64,000 nucleotides of DNA, taken from contig NC_043011.1 of assembly GCF_006345805.1 (NCBI RefSeq), forward strand, positions 67,034,464 through 67,098,463. Reading direction: 5' to 3'. The position numbers were made by a program, and so were the translations under genes. This DNA is from Octopus sinensis (lineage: Eukaryota). The notes under the pieces are model-generated. The model made no database searches, was not told where the DNA came from, and worked only from the letters and a program-made list of their open reading frames with translations. Of this stretch, positions 38,530 through 53,590 are shown piece by piece (position 1 is the stretch's first letter; every line of letters starts with the position of its first letter).

Positions 38530-39180
38530 GATGGCAATACGATAAATCGTATTTCTTGTTAAGGGATACTGCGGGTTGTTGGAGAATACGCAGTTTTGCG
38601 TGGAGGCAACCATGGCAGATATGGGCGCCAGTTGAATATGGTGAATATATTTCACTTGATGCTGGGTATTTCATCTCGGAGATCACGGAGTCTCCGAAAA
38701 TAATGAGAGAGTGAAGTAGATTTCTCTCTATCTCTGGATCTGATCATGGGCATGTGCTGGAAGTATCTTCCATTGAAGTAATTAACTGTAATACCCGTAT
38801 ACTGCTTAGTAATGCCATCGGATGCTGTAAGGGTGACTCTGTATACTAGGGCCGTTGAGAGACAAGATAATTCTAGAGAGCACATGGTGGGGTTTTGGCA
38901 GTGGTAGGTTAGTGTTCGAGGTGGTGTGTATGCATTTGTATGTCTGCTAATGAATGCGATGTTAAATGCGATGTTCTCTATGTAGTAATAGGTCACCTTG
39001 GCATTATGGAGTTTGAAGAGTTTGCAAAACTTATCGCCTCTGGAGAAGTGTTTCTTAATGAACGACAGGAAGCCCCTAGGTTGGTAGATACTTCAAGGTT
39101 GAAAGGTGGGTTATACCGTATAATTGTCTTTCTCCCAGTCCTTTTGGGGTGAAGAGAAAGTGGTCGAGTGTTATGCACAT
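38530..39180 (-). pseudogene. PLE GIY-YIG 3' remnant of a different subfamily
   Basis: RKTIIRYNPPFNLEVSTNLG; CQNPTMCSLELSCLSTALVYRV...KQYTGIT...STSLSHY; ICHGCLHAKLRIL...LNKKYDL. Confidence 0.75.
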
Positions 39181-39193
39181 ACGTGAGCTTCTA

Positions 39194-39240
<47 letters not shown>

Positions 39241-40908
39241 TATTATTATTATATTATTATTATTATTTATTATTATTATTATATTATTATTATCATCATC
39301 ATCATCATCATCATTATTAAAAATAAATATTAAAATATTTATAAGAAAAATATATATATCATGAAAAATCAATAATAATACCTTCGAAAATATATGTTAA
39401 TACATTATGAAATTTTACTGAAAATGTGAAAAATTTCAGCAGTGAATAAACACTAACATAAAGAAACGCTTAAATTGTATTCAACTTCGGGCATCCATCC
39501 AACCACTAGCCACGTCATTGAGTGACTAATAAGCATTATGTGAATAGGAATACAAATGAAAATAAATTGGATTTAAAGGTTAAGAAGATTAACTATGATT
39601 TAAAGGGATCAATTATTAGTTATGCACCATCATATAATATCGGTAATCCTACTTGTGATCTTTGCCTCGAGGAAATGTTTTTATAATTACTTGTTAATTA
39701 ATTTTATTGAATTTTAATGGGCACTTGACTTTATGATGAATTTAGAAAGACATTCAAATATTTCAATTCTTACCTCCGCTTTACAGAAGATGGATGTATT
39801 GTTTTCATTTCCGTTTATTTGTTTATTTGTCCATGGATAAGATATCTCAACAACCACTGGATGGATTTTAAACTTTCAGCGGTATTAGGCCTCGTAAATG
39901 GCACGAACTGATTAGATTCCGGGATCGATCTGGTAACAGTCAAGAATTTTGGATTATTTTTCCGGTTTTTTTTTTACTTAATTTTTGAGAGCAGTTGGGT
40001 TCAAATTTAGTATTGTCGTTTATGAGAGCAATCGGATTTATTTCAGATATTCTCATTTTTAAAAAATCATGTCTCGCTAATCGTCGAGAAATGGTTGATT
40101 TGCGCTCTCTGAGTGTTCTTTTTAACCATAATAGATTTTATTATTATATACTAAGGTCAATTCCTATAAAATGGTTTAACATATTGGGTAAATAATTATC
40201 TCTAATTTTATTCTTTATTTAATCAGTGACGTCGTCGATAATTGTATATATTATCAATTATAATAGTGTTTCAATTATTCTACAATACGTTTCATTCATA
40301 TAAAAAGTTTTAATGTTAGTAAATAGGTAATTACGTACTGCAACGTAACGCATCTATCCTTCTATTAAGCAAAACAGAATTCTGGTACGTAGTTTTTATT
40401 CTTTACTTATCTATTAAGCGAAGCATAGAAAATTCATTTATAATTTCATTCATCCTAATCTTGTGACATTATTAATACTTGTGTAGAAATATACTCATTT
40501 TTTTAGATTATTTTTTTAGGTAAATTTTGTATGTAAATTTCAAATTCTTATATTGTAGAATTAGTATGGAAACATTTATTTGGATTTCATCATTGGTAAC
40601 TTCTGAGTGAAGTCACCAATTATTGAATCAATTTTTCAAACATTGATTATGGTATTTTTATCTTTTGTTTTATTTTTATATTTATATTTAATTTCATAAA
40701 GCATATTAGTCATTCAATGACGTCGCTAATGGCTGAATGAAGGAATGTCCCAAGTTGAATTTGACTTAGGCGTGTCTTTTTGTTAGCCGTTGTCAACTGC
40801 TAACATTTTTCTGATGTTCAGATTGGATTAATTTGGATTACAATGATAATGTTGAATTAACATGTATTTTCGAAGGTATTATTATTAATATTTAAAATGA
40901 TATTGTCT

Positions 40909-41020
<112 letters not shown>

Positions 41021-41021
41021 A

Positions 41022-41414
41022 GGAGTGGCTGTGTGGTAAGTAGCTTGGTAACCAACCACATGGTTCCGGCTTCAGTCCCACTGCGTGGCATCTTGGGCAT
41101 GTGTCTTCTGCTATAGCCCCGAGCCGACCAATGCCTTGTGAGTGGATTTGGTAGACGGAAACTGAAAGAAGCCTGTCGTATATATGTATATATATATGTA
41201 TGTGTGTGTGCTTGTGTGTCTGTGTTTGTTCTCCTAGCATTGCTTGACAACCGATGCTGGTGTGTTTACGTCCTCGTCACTTAACGGTTCGGCAAAAAGA
41301 GACCGATATAATAAGTACTCGGCTTACAAAAAGAATAAGTCCCGGGGTCGAGTTGCTCGACTAAAGGCGGTGCTCCAGCATGGCCGCAGTCAAATGACTG
41401 AAACAAGTAAAAGA
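41022..41414 (+). mobile_element. SINE family A, full length
   Basis: Most complete copy, ending GACTGAAACAAGTAAAAGAG. Confidence 0.92.
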
Positions 41415-41501
41415 GAGAAAAAATGATATATATATATATATGTATATATATATGTATATATATATGTATATATATGTATATATATATATGTACATATATA
41501 C

Positions 41502-41535
<34 letters not shown>

Positions 41536-41693
41536 GCCTATATATATACAAATGTAGGTATATGTGTGTCTGTGCGCGCGTGTGTGCGTTAATACAATTG
41601 AAACAAGTGTTAGATTCTAGGCTGTAATCTGAAATAAAATATGATTTTGTTCGCACATATTATTTCTTGTCGTGTATATATATATATATATAT

Positions 41694-41732
<39 letters not shown>

Positions 41733-41849
41733 CTGTGTGCGTGTGTGCGTATACATATATACAGAGAGAGGGAGAGAAAGAAAGAAAGAAAGTTAAGAAG
41801 AGTCAGATGTCCTATTATGGTCATCTCTTATGTGTTTCAATATACACTG

Positions 41850-41899
<50 letters not shown>

Positions 41900-42091
41900 T
41901 TAAAATTACTAAGTCTCTATAAAAGAGATTACGTATGAATGTGTGTGTATGAGTGTGTGTGGGTGTCTGTGTATGTGACTGAGTGTGTGTGCGTATGTGT
42001 GTTTTTCTCTATATATATTTCCTCGGTCTATGATGCAATATTCGAGACGTCTTTATGGGTGAGAAACAAATAAAATTAATAATAATAACAA

Positions 42092-42123
<32 letters not shown>

Positions 42124-42754
42124 ATGAGAATAACAGCAATTCAGTCAGAGTCTCCTGAGCAATAAAAAGCGCATCAACTTCCTCAGCGCATTAATAAAGG
42201 CTGCAATATGTGTCTGCACGTTTAGAACGGTAATAATAAACCTGAATAAGTTAAATGTCATGTGATAGACTCTTCATTGGATTAATTCTCTGATTTAATT
42301 TTCTCCTTTGTAAAGAGATGCTACAATTATCAAACGCTGCTTTATCTCTGTGTCGTCAAGACGTTTCCTCTTTGATAATATTATAAACTTTATAAGAAAG
42401 GAAATGATGTATAACGAACATTATTAGATATTTCGTACGAATGGCTTATAGAAAAAATCCATTAGATTCCATACTTCTATGTGCCATGTGTACCACGATA
42501 AATATATAAAGTTATCAAAATAATTTCCCTTTGTGTGTAGTTTATATCAGTGTATATGTGTAGCATCAGATCACAGATTTCTCATTTGAAAGAGAACGAT
42601 CAATACAATATCTTTTATACGAGGCTCGCATTCCATCCCTGATTTCTTTAGTAATAAATCGCAAGACGTCAATACTACTTAACATATTGTCCTTTATATT
42701 CACTGATATTGCAACAATAAAAACAACAACAGTAATAATAATACTTTGTACTTG

Positions 42755-43295
42755 AAGCATAAAGCTTCAAATTTGGGGGTAGGGATTAAGTCAGTTACAT
42801 GGAACGCAGTGCGTAACTGGTACTTATTTAATCGACCCTGAAAAGATAAAAAGTAAAGCTGACCTCGGCGGAATTTGAACTCAGGACGTAACGACAGAAA
42901 CATTAGCACGCCGGGCGAAATACTTAGTGGTATTTCGTCCGCCGTTACGTTGTGAGTTCAAATTCCGCCGATGTTGTCTTTGTCTTTAATCCTTTCGGGG
43001 TCGATTAAATAAGTACCAGCTACGCACTAGGGTCGATATAATCGACTTAATCCCTTTGTCTGTCCTTGTTTGTTCTCTCTGTGTTTAGCCCCTTGTGGGT
43101 AGTAAAGAAATAGGTATTCGACTGTCTACATTCTGAGTTCAAATTACGCCGTGGTCGACTTTGCTTTTCATCCTTTCGGGGTCGATAAATTAAGTACTAG
43201 TTACGCATTGGGGTCGATATAATCGACTTAATCCCTTTCTCTGTCCTTATGTGTCCTCTCTATGTTTAGCTCCTTGTGGGTAATAAAGAAATATA
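42755..43295 (+). mobile_element. Tandem cluster of SINE family B partial copies
   Basis: Three successive GAGTTCAAATT...GTCGA...AAGTACYAG...TAAAGAAAT-type units. Confidence 0.85.
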
Positions 43296-44263
43296 CATTG
43301 TTTATTTCCTTTAAATTTAATGCTTTCGAATTCTGATGAAATCGAATTTGCATTTCATGTTTTCAAGGTTGATAAAATAATTACGAGTTGAGAATTGGGT
43401 TCGATATAATCGACTCCCCAACCCCCAGGACAGTGCTGACCCTTGTGCCAAAACTTTGAAACCAACATCAATGCTTTGATAATTTAAGGATTAACTAAGA
43501 TGAGGCAGCTTAGTATTTTTTCACTGTAAGAATTATTAATTCATGAGCGTTATAAAGAAGATTAAAATTTATATATTCGCACTTAAATTTATATTTAAAA
43601 CATAAAAAAAGTTGATGGATTTATATATTAGGCAATTATTCAAATGTAGATTCGCATACACATGCCTCACACTTCACGGCATAGGGCGAAGAAGCCTACA
43701 AAGATACTCTCAATAAAACTAACATCTGCAAACGAACCTCGACCTCAACTTCACAAAAAATTCAAGCATGATACGAATATAGAAGTGTAACTTATTCGGT
43801 AACAGAATAATAGAAAAGAAGAAACGTGGAAATACAAGCATCTGTTGGGTTACGTTTAACCATAAGAAATGACGGATTTAATACGCATTACATCAGAAGC
43901 GTTTGAAGTAAAATACATTACTGGAACGAAGAGAGTAAAGAAAAAGTTCTGAAAATGACGCAATTTTGACTTTCTTCGAAACTCTAATTTTAGAAGATAA
44001 TTACGTACGACCGTTCAAGAAAGATGATATTGCAAAATAATGATTGTTCTTTTAACCTTTTAACGTCGACTATGTTATATTCTGAAAATGCAATTTTGTT
44101 TCCTATTAGAAACAGATTTCTCACGAATCCCAGTCTATTAAGGAAATAACAAATAATATTCTTGTGAATTGTGGATATTCACTAATATTGTGCAAACCGG
44201 AATCCAGTTATTTACAGTGAAACAAAAAAGAGATGATTATACTTTTAATTATTACCTCTCTTC

Positions 44264-44336
<73 letters not shown>

Positions 44337-44582
44337 TATTGATAGAAAATGTAAGACAACAACAGAACGAAAGAGACCTCTATGTAAATAGAGGAAATTA
44401 TCTGTAAATATAATATGTGACAATTATTCGGTAGCCATAATAAAAGTCCGAGTTTCGGATCTCGAGGCGGAAACCCATGCCACCATCCCTTCAGTTATCG
44501 GGCCATCGAAAAGATGCTATGAAAATGACCGTTAAACAAAAATCAAACAGGTGTATGGATATATACCTGCAAATGAAACAGG

Positions 44583-44641
<59 letters not shown>

Positions 44642-44815
44642 GAGAATTCACAAAAAAAGAAACAAAAGATGAAAACAGATAGTGTAAACAACAAACAGAT
44701 GTATTAGTATAACGCTCGGGAAGTGAAAAAGCCTTTAACGTACTACAAAAAGGAAAACAGAAGGAAACAAGTAGAGAAAGTATAAAATGTGTAGTGGCTA
44801 GCGATCTATCATGCC

Positions 44816-44874
<59 letters not shown>

Positions 44875-44932
44875 GTGTGCGTGTGTTATTATTATTATTA
44901 CTATTGTTGTTGTTGTTATTATAATTATTATA

Positions 44933-44965
<33 letters not shown>

Positions 44966-44968
<3 letters not shown>

Positions 44969-45792
44969 TAGTTTTATTTTTATAGCGAGCTTTCACTTCA
45001 CTACCGAGCGCAGCTCTGTGTGCCTTGGGTATGTGCTGTGATTTGTTGTGATGCTCTGATGGTTATTGTATGGAAAGTGTTCTGCGTAGGATGTGTGCAG
45101 TGCCTAGTAGTGCAATTTTCTGTATGTTATATGTGTTTGTAAGTCCTGGTGTTTTTGTTATGTATTTGTCTGAATATTTTTTTATCATGCCTAATGCACC
45201 TACTATGATAGGAATTGTTTCTGTTTTCACGTTCCACATTCTAGTTACCTCTATTTCCAGGTCTTTGTATTTTGAGAGTTTTTCCATTTCTTTTAGAGAC
45301 ACGTTGTCATCTGCCGGTATTGATACATCAATTAGAAAGCATTTTTTTTCTTCATGATCTCTGACAACTATATCTGGTCTGTTGGCCTTAATTTCTCTAT
45401 CTGTGTGTATCGGCATATCCCAGAGTATGGTGGCTTTCTCGTTTTCTGTGACATTTTCTGGTGTGTGCCTATACCATCTTTTTTCTGTTGTTATTCCATA
45501 ATGTTGGCATAGCTTCCAATGTATGTAAGTTCCAACTCTGTCATGTCTGTGAATATATTCCTTCTTAGCCAGGACTGGGCAGCTAGAGATAATATTATTT
45601 ATTGTTTCTTGTCCATCTCCACATATTCTGCAGTTACTTGTAATATTTCTTTTCATTACATGTTTTTGGTAATTTCTGCTGGGGAGGCTTTGGTCTTGTG
45701 CTGCAATTAAAAATCCCTCTGTCTCTGCTTTGAGTCCTGAGCTTCTCAACCATTGCTGGGATTTTTCTTTGTCTATTTCTTTGTCTATTTCT
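44966..45792 (-). mobile_element. R4/Dong-type RLE LINE, 5'-truncated, in (TAA)n
   Basis: ORF 45063-45749 has the CRICG...H...C knuckle, RHD, and NRPDIVV...IDVSIP...K..KY (PD-D/ExK); TAA repeats on both sides. Confidence 0.92.
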
Positions 45793-45848
45793 CTTTATTA
45801 TTATTATTATTATTATTGTTGTTATTATTATAATTATTGTTATTATTA

Positions 45849-45909
<61 letters not shown>

Positions 45910-45910
45910 G

Positions 45911-46570
45911 GTTGAGAGAGCAGTTCATGCCATCAAAGTGACACTGGGGTAAAATATACGAAGCCCAATATACACATAATGACTACTCGTCTGATAAGGG
46001 TACACCAGGCAAATGCATCACAACCATATGTGCGCGACATGGTGATCTCATATCAAGATAAACAGCACATGACCTTGCAGGTGGGGCCCAGGTACAATTT
46101 TCTTCAGGATGAGTAGCCCATCCCCCTCAAAAGGTCCCTGAATAAGGGTTGTTTAAGGATGTTGAAAGAACCACCCATGTTTCCAGAGGTGAATTATTCA
46201 AACCCCAAAGAATCCCTCTCAACAGACGGCTATGATGCTCCCCCACTACTTCTGCTCGTGATCAGAGATGCACATATCGTCAGCCACTAAGGGACATGCT
46301 CAACTGGTTAAGGACAAACAACTGACAAGCAAGCTACGTTCTGAGTTCAAATTCTGCCGAGGTCGACTTTGCATTTCATCCTTTCGGGGTCGATTAAATA
46401 AGTACCAGTTACGCACCGGGGTCGATATAATCGGCTTAATCCGTTTGTTTGTCCTTGTTTGTCCTCTCTGTGTTTAGCCCCTTGTGGGTAGTAAAGAAAT
46501 AGGTATTGAGCAGAATATTTGCTGTAGCCCATCTTTTATACCAAGACAAAACAATGTACATGATAACACT
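45911..46570 (-). mobile_element. Non-coding (TAA)n-embedded element carrying a SINE-B insert (~46334-46503)
   Basis: Matches 55801-56360; the SINE interrupts the shared GACAAGCAA...GTATTGAGCAG segment. Orientation inferred. Confidence 0.75.
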
Positions 46571-46573
46571 TAC

Positions 46574-46630
<57 letters not shown>

Positions 46631-46723
46631 CATTATTATTATTATTATTATTATTATTAATATTATTATTATTATTATTATTATTACTGTTATTATTACT
46701 ATTGTTATTATTATAATTATTAA

Positions 46724-46760
<37 letters not shown>

Positions 46761-46785
46761 ATCATTATTATTATTATTATTATTA

Positions 46786-46816
<31 letters not shown>

Positions 46817-46826
46817 TTATTATTAT

Positions 46827-46858
<32 letters not shown>

Positions 46859-47023
46859 TATTATTATTATTAATATTATTATTATTAATAGTATTATTAT
46901 TATTATTATCATCATCATTATTATTATTATTATATTATTATTAATATTATTATTATTATTATTACTATTATTATTATTATTGTTATTATTAATATTATTA
47001 ATATTATTATTATTATTATTTTA

Positions 47024-47054
<31 letters not shown>

Positions 47055-47146
47055 CATTATTATCATTATTATGATTATTATCATATTATTATTATTATTA
47101 TTAATATTATTATTATTATTATTATTTTTAATATTATTATTATTAA

Positions 47147-47195
<49 letters not shown>

Positions 47196-47198
47196 ATT
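46571..47198. repeat. Long imperfect (TTA)n microsatellite
   Basis: Direct reading. Confidence 0.95.
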
Positions 47199-48245
47199 CA
47201 GTAGTTTTATTTTTATAGCGAGCTTTCACTTCACTACCGAGCGCAGCTCTGTGTGCCATAGGTATGTGCTGTGATTTGTTGTGATGCTCTGATGGTTATT
47301 GTATGGAAAGTGCTCTGTGTAGGATGTGTGCAGTGCCTAGTAGTGCAATTTTCTGTATGTTATATGTGTTTGCAAGTCCTGGTGTTTTTGTTATGTATTT
47401 GTCTGAATATTTATTTTCATGCCTAATGCACCTACTATGATAGGGAATGATTCTGTTTTCAGGTTCCACATTCTGGTTACCTCTATTTCCAGGTCTTTGT
47501 ATTTTGAAAGTTTTTCCATTTCTTTTAGAGAAACGTTCTCATCTGCTGGTATTGATACATCAATTAGAAAGCATTTTTTTCTTCATGATCTCTGACAACT
47601 ATATCTGGTCTGTTGGCCTTAATTTCTCTGTGTGTATCGGCATATCCCAGAGTATGGACGTTTTCTCGTTTTCTGTGACCTTTTCTGGTGTGTGCCTATA
47701 CCATCTTTTTTCTGTTGTTATTCCATAATGTTGGCATAGCTTCCAATGTATGTAGGTTCAAACTCTGTCATGTCTGTGAATATATTCCCTCTTAGCCAGG
47801 ACTGGGCAGCTAGAGATAATATGATTTATTGTTTCTTGTCCATCTCCACATATTCTGCAGTTACTCGTTATATTTCTTTTCATTATATTTGTTTGGTAAT
47901 TTCTGGAGGGGAGGCTTTGGTCTTGTGCTGCAATTAAAAATCCCTCTGTTTCTGCTTTGAGTCCTGAGCTTCTCCACCATTGCTGGGATTTTTCTTTGTC
48001 TATTTCTATTGCGTTTAGTTTAGTCCTGTATTTACCATGAAGGGGTTTTTCTTGCCATCGTTTTATCATGGTTCGTTGCTGTTCTATTTTTAGTTTGGAT
48101 TTCATTTGTTTTATAGCTTTTGTTGTTTCTTCATCATCTTCTTCTTCTTCTTCGTGTTTATTAGGTGGTATGATTTCTTGTTTGTATTTGTCAGCTTCCT
48201 TAAATACTGAGTATATTTTTTTGTTTTGCTTGTGTTTTGCCGCTA
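47199..48245 (-). mobile_element. R4/Dong-type LINE, 5'-truncated, with small deletions
   Basis: Same family as 44966 and 56454; ORF 47758-48312; TAA-flanked. Confidence 0.9.
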
Positions 48246-48255
48246 TTATTATTAA

Positions 48256-48342
<87 letters not shown>

Positions 48343-48343
<1 letters not shown>

Positions 48344-48446
48344 GAGTGAGAGAGCAGTACATGTCATCAAAGTGACATTGGGGTAAAATATACGAAGCCC
48401 AATATACCCATCATGACTACCCGTCTGATAAGGTTACACCAGGCAC
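48343..48446 (-). mobile_element. Short fragment of the (TAA)n-embedded non-coding element
   Basis: GAGTGAGAGAGCAG...ACACCAGGCAC matches 55801-55903. Confidence 0.8.
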
Positions 48447-49367
48447 TATTATTATTATTATTATTATTATTATTGCTTTGAGTATTATTATTTAAAACAG
48501 CCTGATTAGTCTCCATGCATTTTAAAGATTTTTATGCTTCGTCATAAAACAATTTGATCTGGGTAACTTCGCCCATCGATAACTGCAGGAAGTTCAAGAT
48601 GGCTACTGATACTAGTCAAGGCGGTTCATATGCCGTTGTTGAAAATACAATGGAAATTTCAGCAGCATCAAATCCATCAAAGCAGACATCCAAATCTAAT
48701 ATCCTCGCACCTCGCGGCAAGAGCGGACAGCTGTTGGTGTCCCGCTGTCTAGAAACTATTCGAATCAACTGGAGCAGCATGAACTCATCGATTAGTGAGC
48801 GTGCTTCCCTGTGTGCGCTTGTGTATGCATAAATAAGTCCCGCGTAATAGTCCTTGGAGGCGTGGAGGCGTGGAGGCGTGGAGGCGTGGAGGCGTGGGTG
48901 TCCATATTTGGTGCATATACGTGTGTATTTGCTATGTAAGTCGGGTGGAACGGGGTGTGAAGTGTGTATACAAGTAAGCTGACGTGTGGAGGAAAGATAG
49001 TGGCATGAGCACAACGGTAGTACTCGTGTGTTCAGGTTCATATCAGACGTGTGTACGTGTTTGCAAGCTCACAGATGTGGGCATGTGTGTCAGCTGTATA
49101 TATCAGCTGTGTGTGTATCAGTTGTGTGAGTGTGCGCATGCGTTAGAATGCTTGTGCGAGATGTCTGTCGTATGCGTGAGTGTGCTCATCTGTGTTCGGG
49201 AAGCACATATGGGTGTGTGTGTTTATCCGTACATGCATATACACAAATACACAAATTTATACAGTCTCTCTTCGCAGTCCCCATCACACACACACACACT
49301 CACACACACACACACACTCACACAAACACACACACACACACTATCTATCAATCTATCTATCTCCCTA

Positions 49368-49402
<35 letters not shown>

Positions 49403-50297
49403 GTATGTATGATAACAAGTCAGCACGCTTTTCGGCTTGTGTAATTATCATTAAAGGTTAACGAAGTAGTGCATATGTTAAATCTTAAGTATATATATGC
49501 TATATAGATATAGATTGATCGATACATAGATACCTAGATGTATGTCTGCATGCGCACACACACATGTGTGTGTGTGTATGTATGTACTGAAAACAACATA
49601 GAGTCTACCACAAACGCCAGATTTTGTATGCCACCTCCTGCACTTGTAGCGTATATGTGAGTGTGCGCCCGCGGGTATGTGTCTGCTTTGTATATTAAAT
49701 TCATGGTTCAGGGTGTGTCGTACTTTTATTCTTTCGAAAATTCCTATTGTGCTGGAGACCAAAAATATTATTCTATATTACACGTATATAACTTTTATCT
49801 TATGGTCTTTATTAATGATGTATAATGCCGCCAAACATTAAATAATCGAATTTCCAATTTTCATCAGCCTAACAGTTTGAAAGATCATATCTGCATTCCA
49901 CTTACAGATCTTGTTCCAATCACTATTGTTTACCACAGTCACCATTATGCTAGAAATGTAAATATGAATAAAGATTTTGATGCCATTAGTAAATATTATT
50001 TTGTAGTTTGTAATTGAATAAGAAGTTTTGTGTCACTCGAAGATGTTCATAATGGGGTTCACAATAGTTAGGCTACTGATGGCTGTTATTTTGTACTCGT
50101 CATGCATTTGACTCAGATACAGACTTTTCATAAATTCTGTGTTTAACGTTTAAATTCAATACTTCAAGTATATACACCAGTACTATATTTGTTGAAACAT
50201 GACTCAATAGTTACAAATATATTCTAAATATATTTGTAAAATGGTAATTTCAAGTAACATTCATTACAACCACCACCACCACCACCAACAAAGCAAT

Positions 50298-50342
<45 letters not shown>

Positions 50343-50379
50343 TAATAATAATATAATAATAATAATAATAATAATAGCG

Positions 50380-51240
50380 AATAATGCAAATGTTGACAAA
50401 GCCCTGACCCATCAATGGCTAATGGCCTCTGGCCTAAAATCTGAAACAGAGGGATTTATCATAGCAGCTCAAGATCAATGCCTACCAACAAGAAACTACC
50501 AGGCCAACATATTAAAAAATGGCAGTAGCCCAACATGTCGTGTATGCCGACAACAAAATGAAACAATTGATCATGCTGTCTTCAAATGCAGTCTTCTAGC
50601 GCCTACAGAGTACCTCAACAGGCATGATAGAGCTGCACAATATATTCACTGGGTAATTTGCAAAAACCTGGATTTGCCCCATGAAAAAACTGGTGGGAAC
50701 GCAATCCACCTCCAGTGCTTGAAAACGACCACATCTCACTCCTCTGGAACTTCACCATTCAAATTCATAGAAAGATCGATTCAAATAGGCCAGACATCAT
50801 ATTGAAAAACTTCAATCAAAGAACATGCCTCCTCATTGATATGACTGTCCCAATCGATATAAACGTATCTGGCAAGACATATCAAAAACTGAGCAAACAT
50901 AAAGATCTTCAAATAGAAATCAGCAAAATGTGGAAGCTGAAGACTAAAACGATACCTGTTGTCATCGGTGCCCTGGGAATGATAGCGAAAGGGGATGATT
51001 GCTACCTAACTCAGATACCAGAAAACCGCAAAATTCAAAATATAGTGCTCATGGCAACTGCTCGTATCCTACGCAAAATAGTTTCTATGTAATCTCAAGG
51101 TTTAAAACAAACATTTTTTTAGACACTCACTAGTACAACACAAAAAAAAACCAAAAAGGCACGCTAGGCATAAGAACAACGTAAACTTCCAACCTGTTGA
51201 CTCTTGAGGTCTCTGGGTGAGACTTGGAGCCAATTTGTAC
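50380..51240 (+). mobile_element. Second R4/Dong-like subfamily, 5'-truncated, in (TAA)n
   Basis: ORFs 50422-50805 and 50715-51092: GLKSETEGFIIAAQDQ, CRVC..H..C, RHD, NRPDII...IDMTVP; ends directly in (AAT)n. Confidence 0.9.
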
Positions 51241-51316
<76 letters not shown>

Positions 51317-51325
51317 GTAATAGTA

Positions 51326-51362
<37 letters not shown>

Positions 51363-51364
51363 TA

Positions 51365-51665
51365 ATAATTGATGCAGAACCAGGCAGCGGCTCTCATGGC
51401 TTCTGATCTTAACTGATTGGAAGTGTTATCATGTACATTGTTTTGTCTTGGTATAAAAGATGGGCTACAGCAAATATTCTGCTCAATACCAATGATTTGC
51501 TTGTCAGTTGTTTGACCTTAACAAGTTGAGCATGTCCCTCAGTGGCTGACGATATGTGCATCTCTGATCACGAGTAGAAGTAGTGGGGGAGCATCATAGC
51601 CATGTGTTGAGAGGTTTTCTTAGGGGTTTGAATAATTCACCTCTTGAAGCATGGATGTTTCATTC
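51365..51665 (+). mobile_element. Partial copy of the (TAA)n-embedded non-coding element
   Basis: Reverse complement of ~56060-56355. Confidence 0.8.
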
Positions 51666-52714
51666 AAGGTTTGACGTTTCGATTCCAACTGTATTAGACC
51701 TGCTGAAGGTATTTTTCGTTAGGTAACTTAGAAAGACGAAGGGCAATTTTACGCTGATATATCTATATATCGACTATCTAAAACGAAATATGTGTACAAT
51801 TAATTATTTAACACTTAACTTTCTTGTACGGCTTTATTAATTTTTTTATCACGTTTGAACGTTATTAAAAAGAAAAATGTCCTATTATTTTCATTATAGA
51901 CGAACCAAACGCAAACATACCTACAAATGCCGATATACACATGTCTACACACACACGCCCACACATATATATAATTATAAAAAAATATATTTGTATCTAT
52001 ATATTTAGATGTGTGCGTGTGTGTGTGTGTGTGATTGTGTGTGTGTGCGTGTGAATTTACAGATTAATGCGCGCACACAAACACATACAAACACATTTAT
52101 AATATCCAAAGCTTGTTTGGTACACGAATCAATAAGTGACAGTGTTGGTGTCTACAACAGAGATAACCTACCGTTATTGTCGTATTTTCAGTCGTATCGG
52201 ATAATACTGAAAAATTTCTACGCAAAAAATTAATTAATTATATCGATAAATTTACTATAGGAAAATTCAGAACAATCAATCCTATATAAAATAAACACGA
52301 AACAATTTTTTGTTAATTTTCGGTTATTTGGTTTGCTTTTTAATTTTATTCATATATTTATTTTTGTACTGTAACACTAATATCAACAAAAGGTGCAAAT
52401 TAATGTCTAGCTTTGTTGACAAGATAAAAAAATTGTTCTTCTTATGATAATTACTTAATTTATCATAAGAGACCATCCACAAGAACTCCGGTGATTTACA
52501 ATGTCAGATTCATTATATTCAAAATGATAAAACAATTTACAATTTTCTTTTTCTCTTTAAGAATGAAATTTAGAAGCGCTTCAATGAATATTTCAATGCA
52601 TAGAAGCCAACGAGTTGGCTGTGCAAGAAATTACATCAACTTCAAAATGTCATAGAATATGAAGTGAGAGCAATAAAAGAGAAGTACTCCTCGTAATGTA
52701 ATAAGGGAAGACGT

Positions 52715-53160
52715 ACGCGAAGCAATTAAGGCCTTGAAGAATAACAAATCCTCTGGATTAGATTCCATACCAACTGAGCTCCTAAAACATGGTAGAGTCA
52801 ACATTACTAAGAAAGTAGTACTTTTTAATTGCGATGTGTAACCTTTTGTGGTTCGAAAATCATGTGATGGATGCTGCTAAAAAGATTAAAACAGGATGTG
52901 GATCACAAACGTAGAAGTGAATAGACAAGTTTTTTTGAAAAGGAAGACCAGGTAATGAACAAATATTCACCGTAAGGAACGTCAATGAGCAATCACCGGA
53001 ATACAGAACCTTGGTATCAGTATGCAGTATTTGACTGCAGAAAAATATCTTAAGGCGCCCAGTCAGTCTGGAAATTGTCCAAATTTATGATGTCCCCGAT
53101 CGCTATATTAAACTCTTTAAAAGTCACTTTATAAAGACCCGATTTAGTGTTAGGGTTAAA
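52715..53160 (+). pseudogene. RTE-like RT remnant
   Basis: REAIKALKNNKSSGLDSIPTELLKHG and YDVPDRYIKLFKS...RFSVRV. Confidence 0.55.
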
Positions 53161-53537
53161 TAGAATGTGTGAAATAGAATCAGGTAGTAGAGTGGCTCCA
53201 CTGACTCTACTAGCTCATATGTTCTTAACATTTAAATCTACATCTTTGTCTATAAATCTACCTTCTCTATAATGTTGCCACTTGATTTGAAAATTTTTGT
53301 ATTAATGGAAAACCTCTATAATTGGCTGATGAGTACTCAGCATCTTAAATATGTTGCAATACTTACAATATTTAATAAAATGATGTACTACGAAACGATT
53401 GTACCAAATTACCGGAGTCATTCTTGTTGCTTATTTTGATTATAATCACCCCACGGATTCTTATGGATAACACCATACAAAATTCTGGTGCATCTAAATT
53501 AAGTACCATATTCATTTGAATCTAAATTTTTGCTGAA

Positions 53538-53573
<36 letters not shown>

Positions 53574-53590
53574 CATATATATATATATAT

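Noticed and set aside
44420-44510. Minus-strand hammerhead-like CTGAAG-GGAT...ATCC-GAAAC
   Set aside because: A9 missing and stem III/NUH do not pair, so not counted as a ribozyme.
48560-48900. ORF 48616-49041 with possible APE-like ILDL motif, plus (GGCGTGGA)n
   Set aside because: Too weak for a family call; the rest is low complexity.
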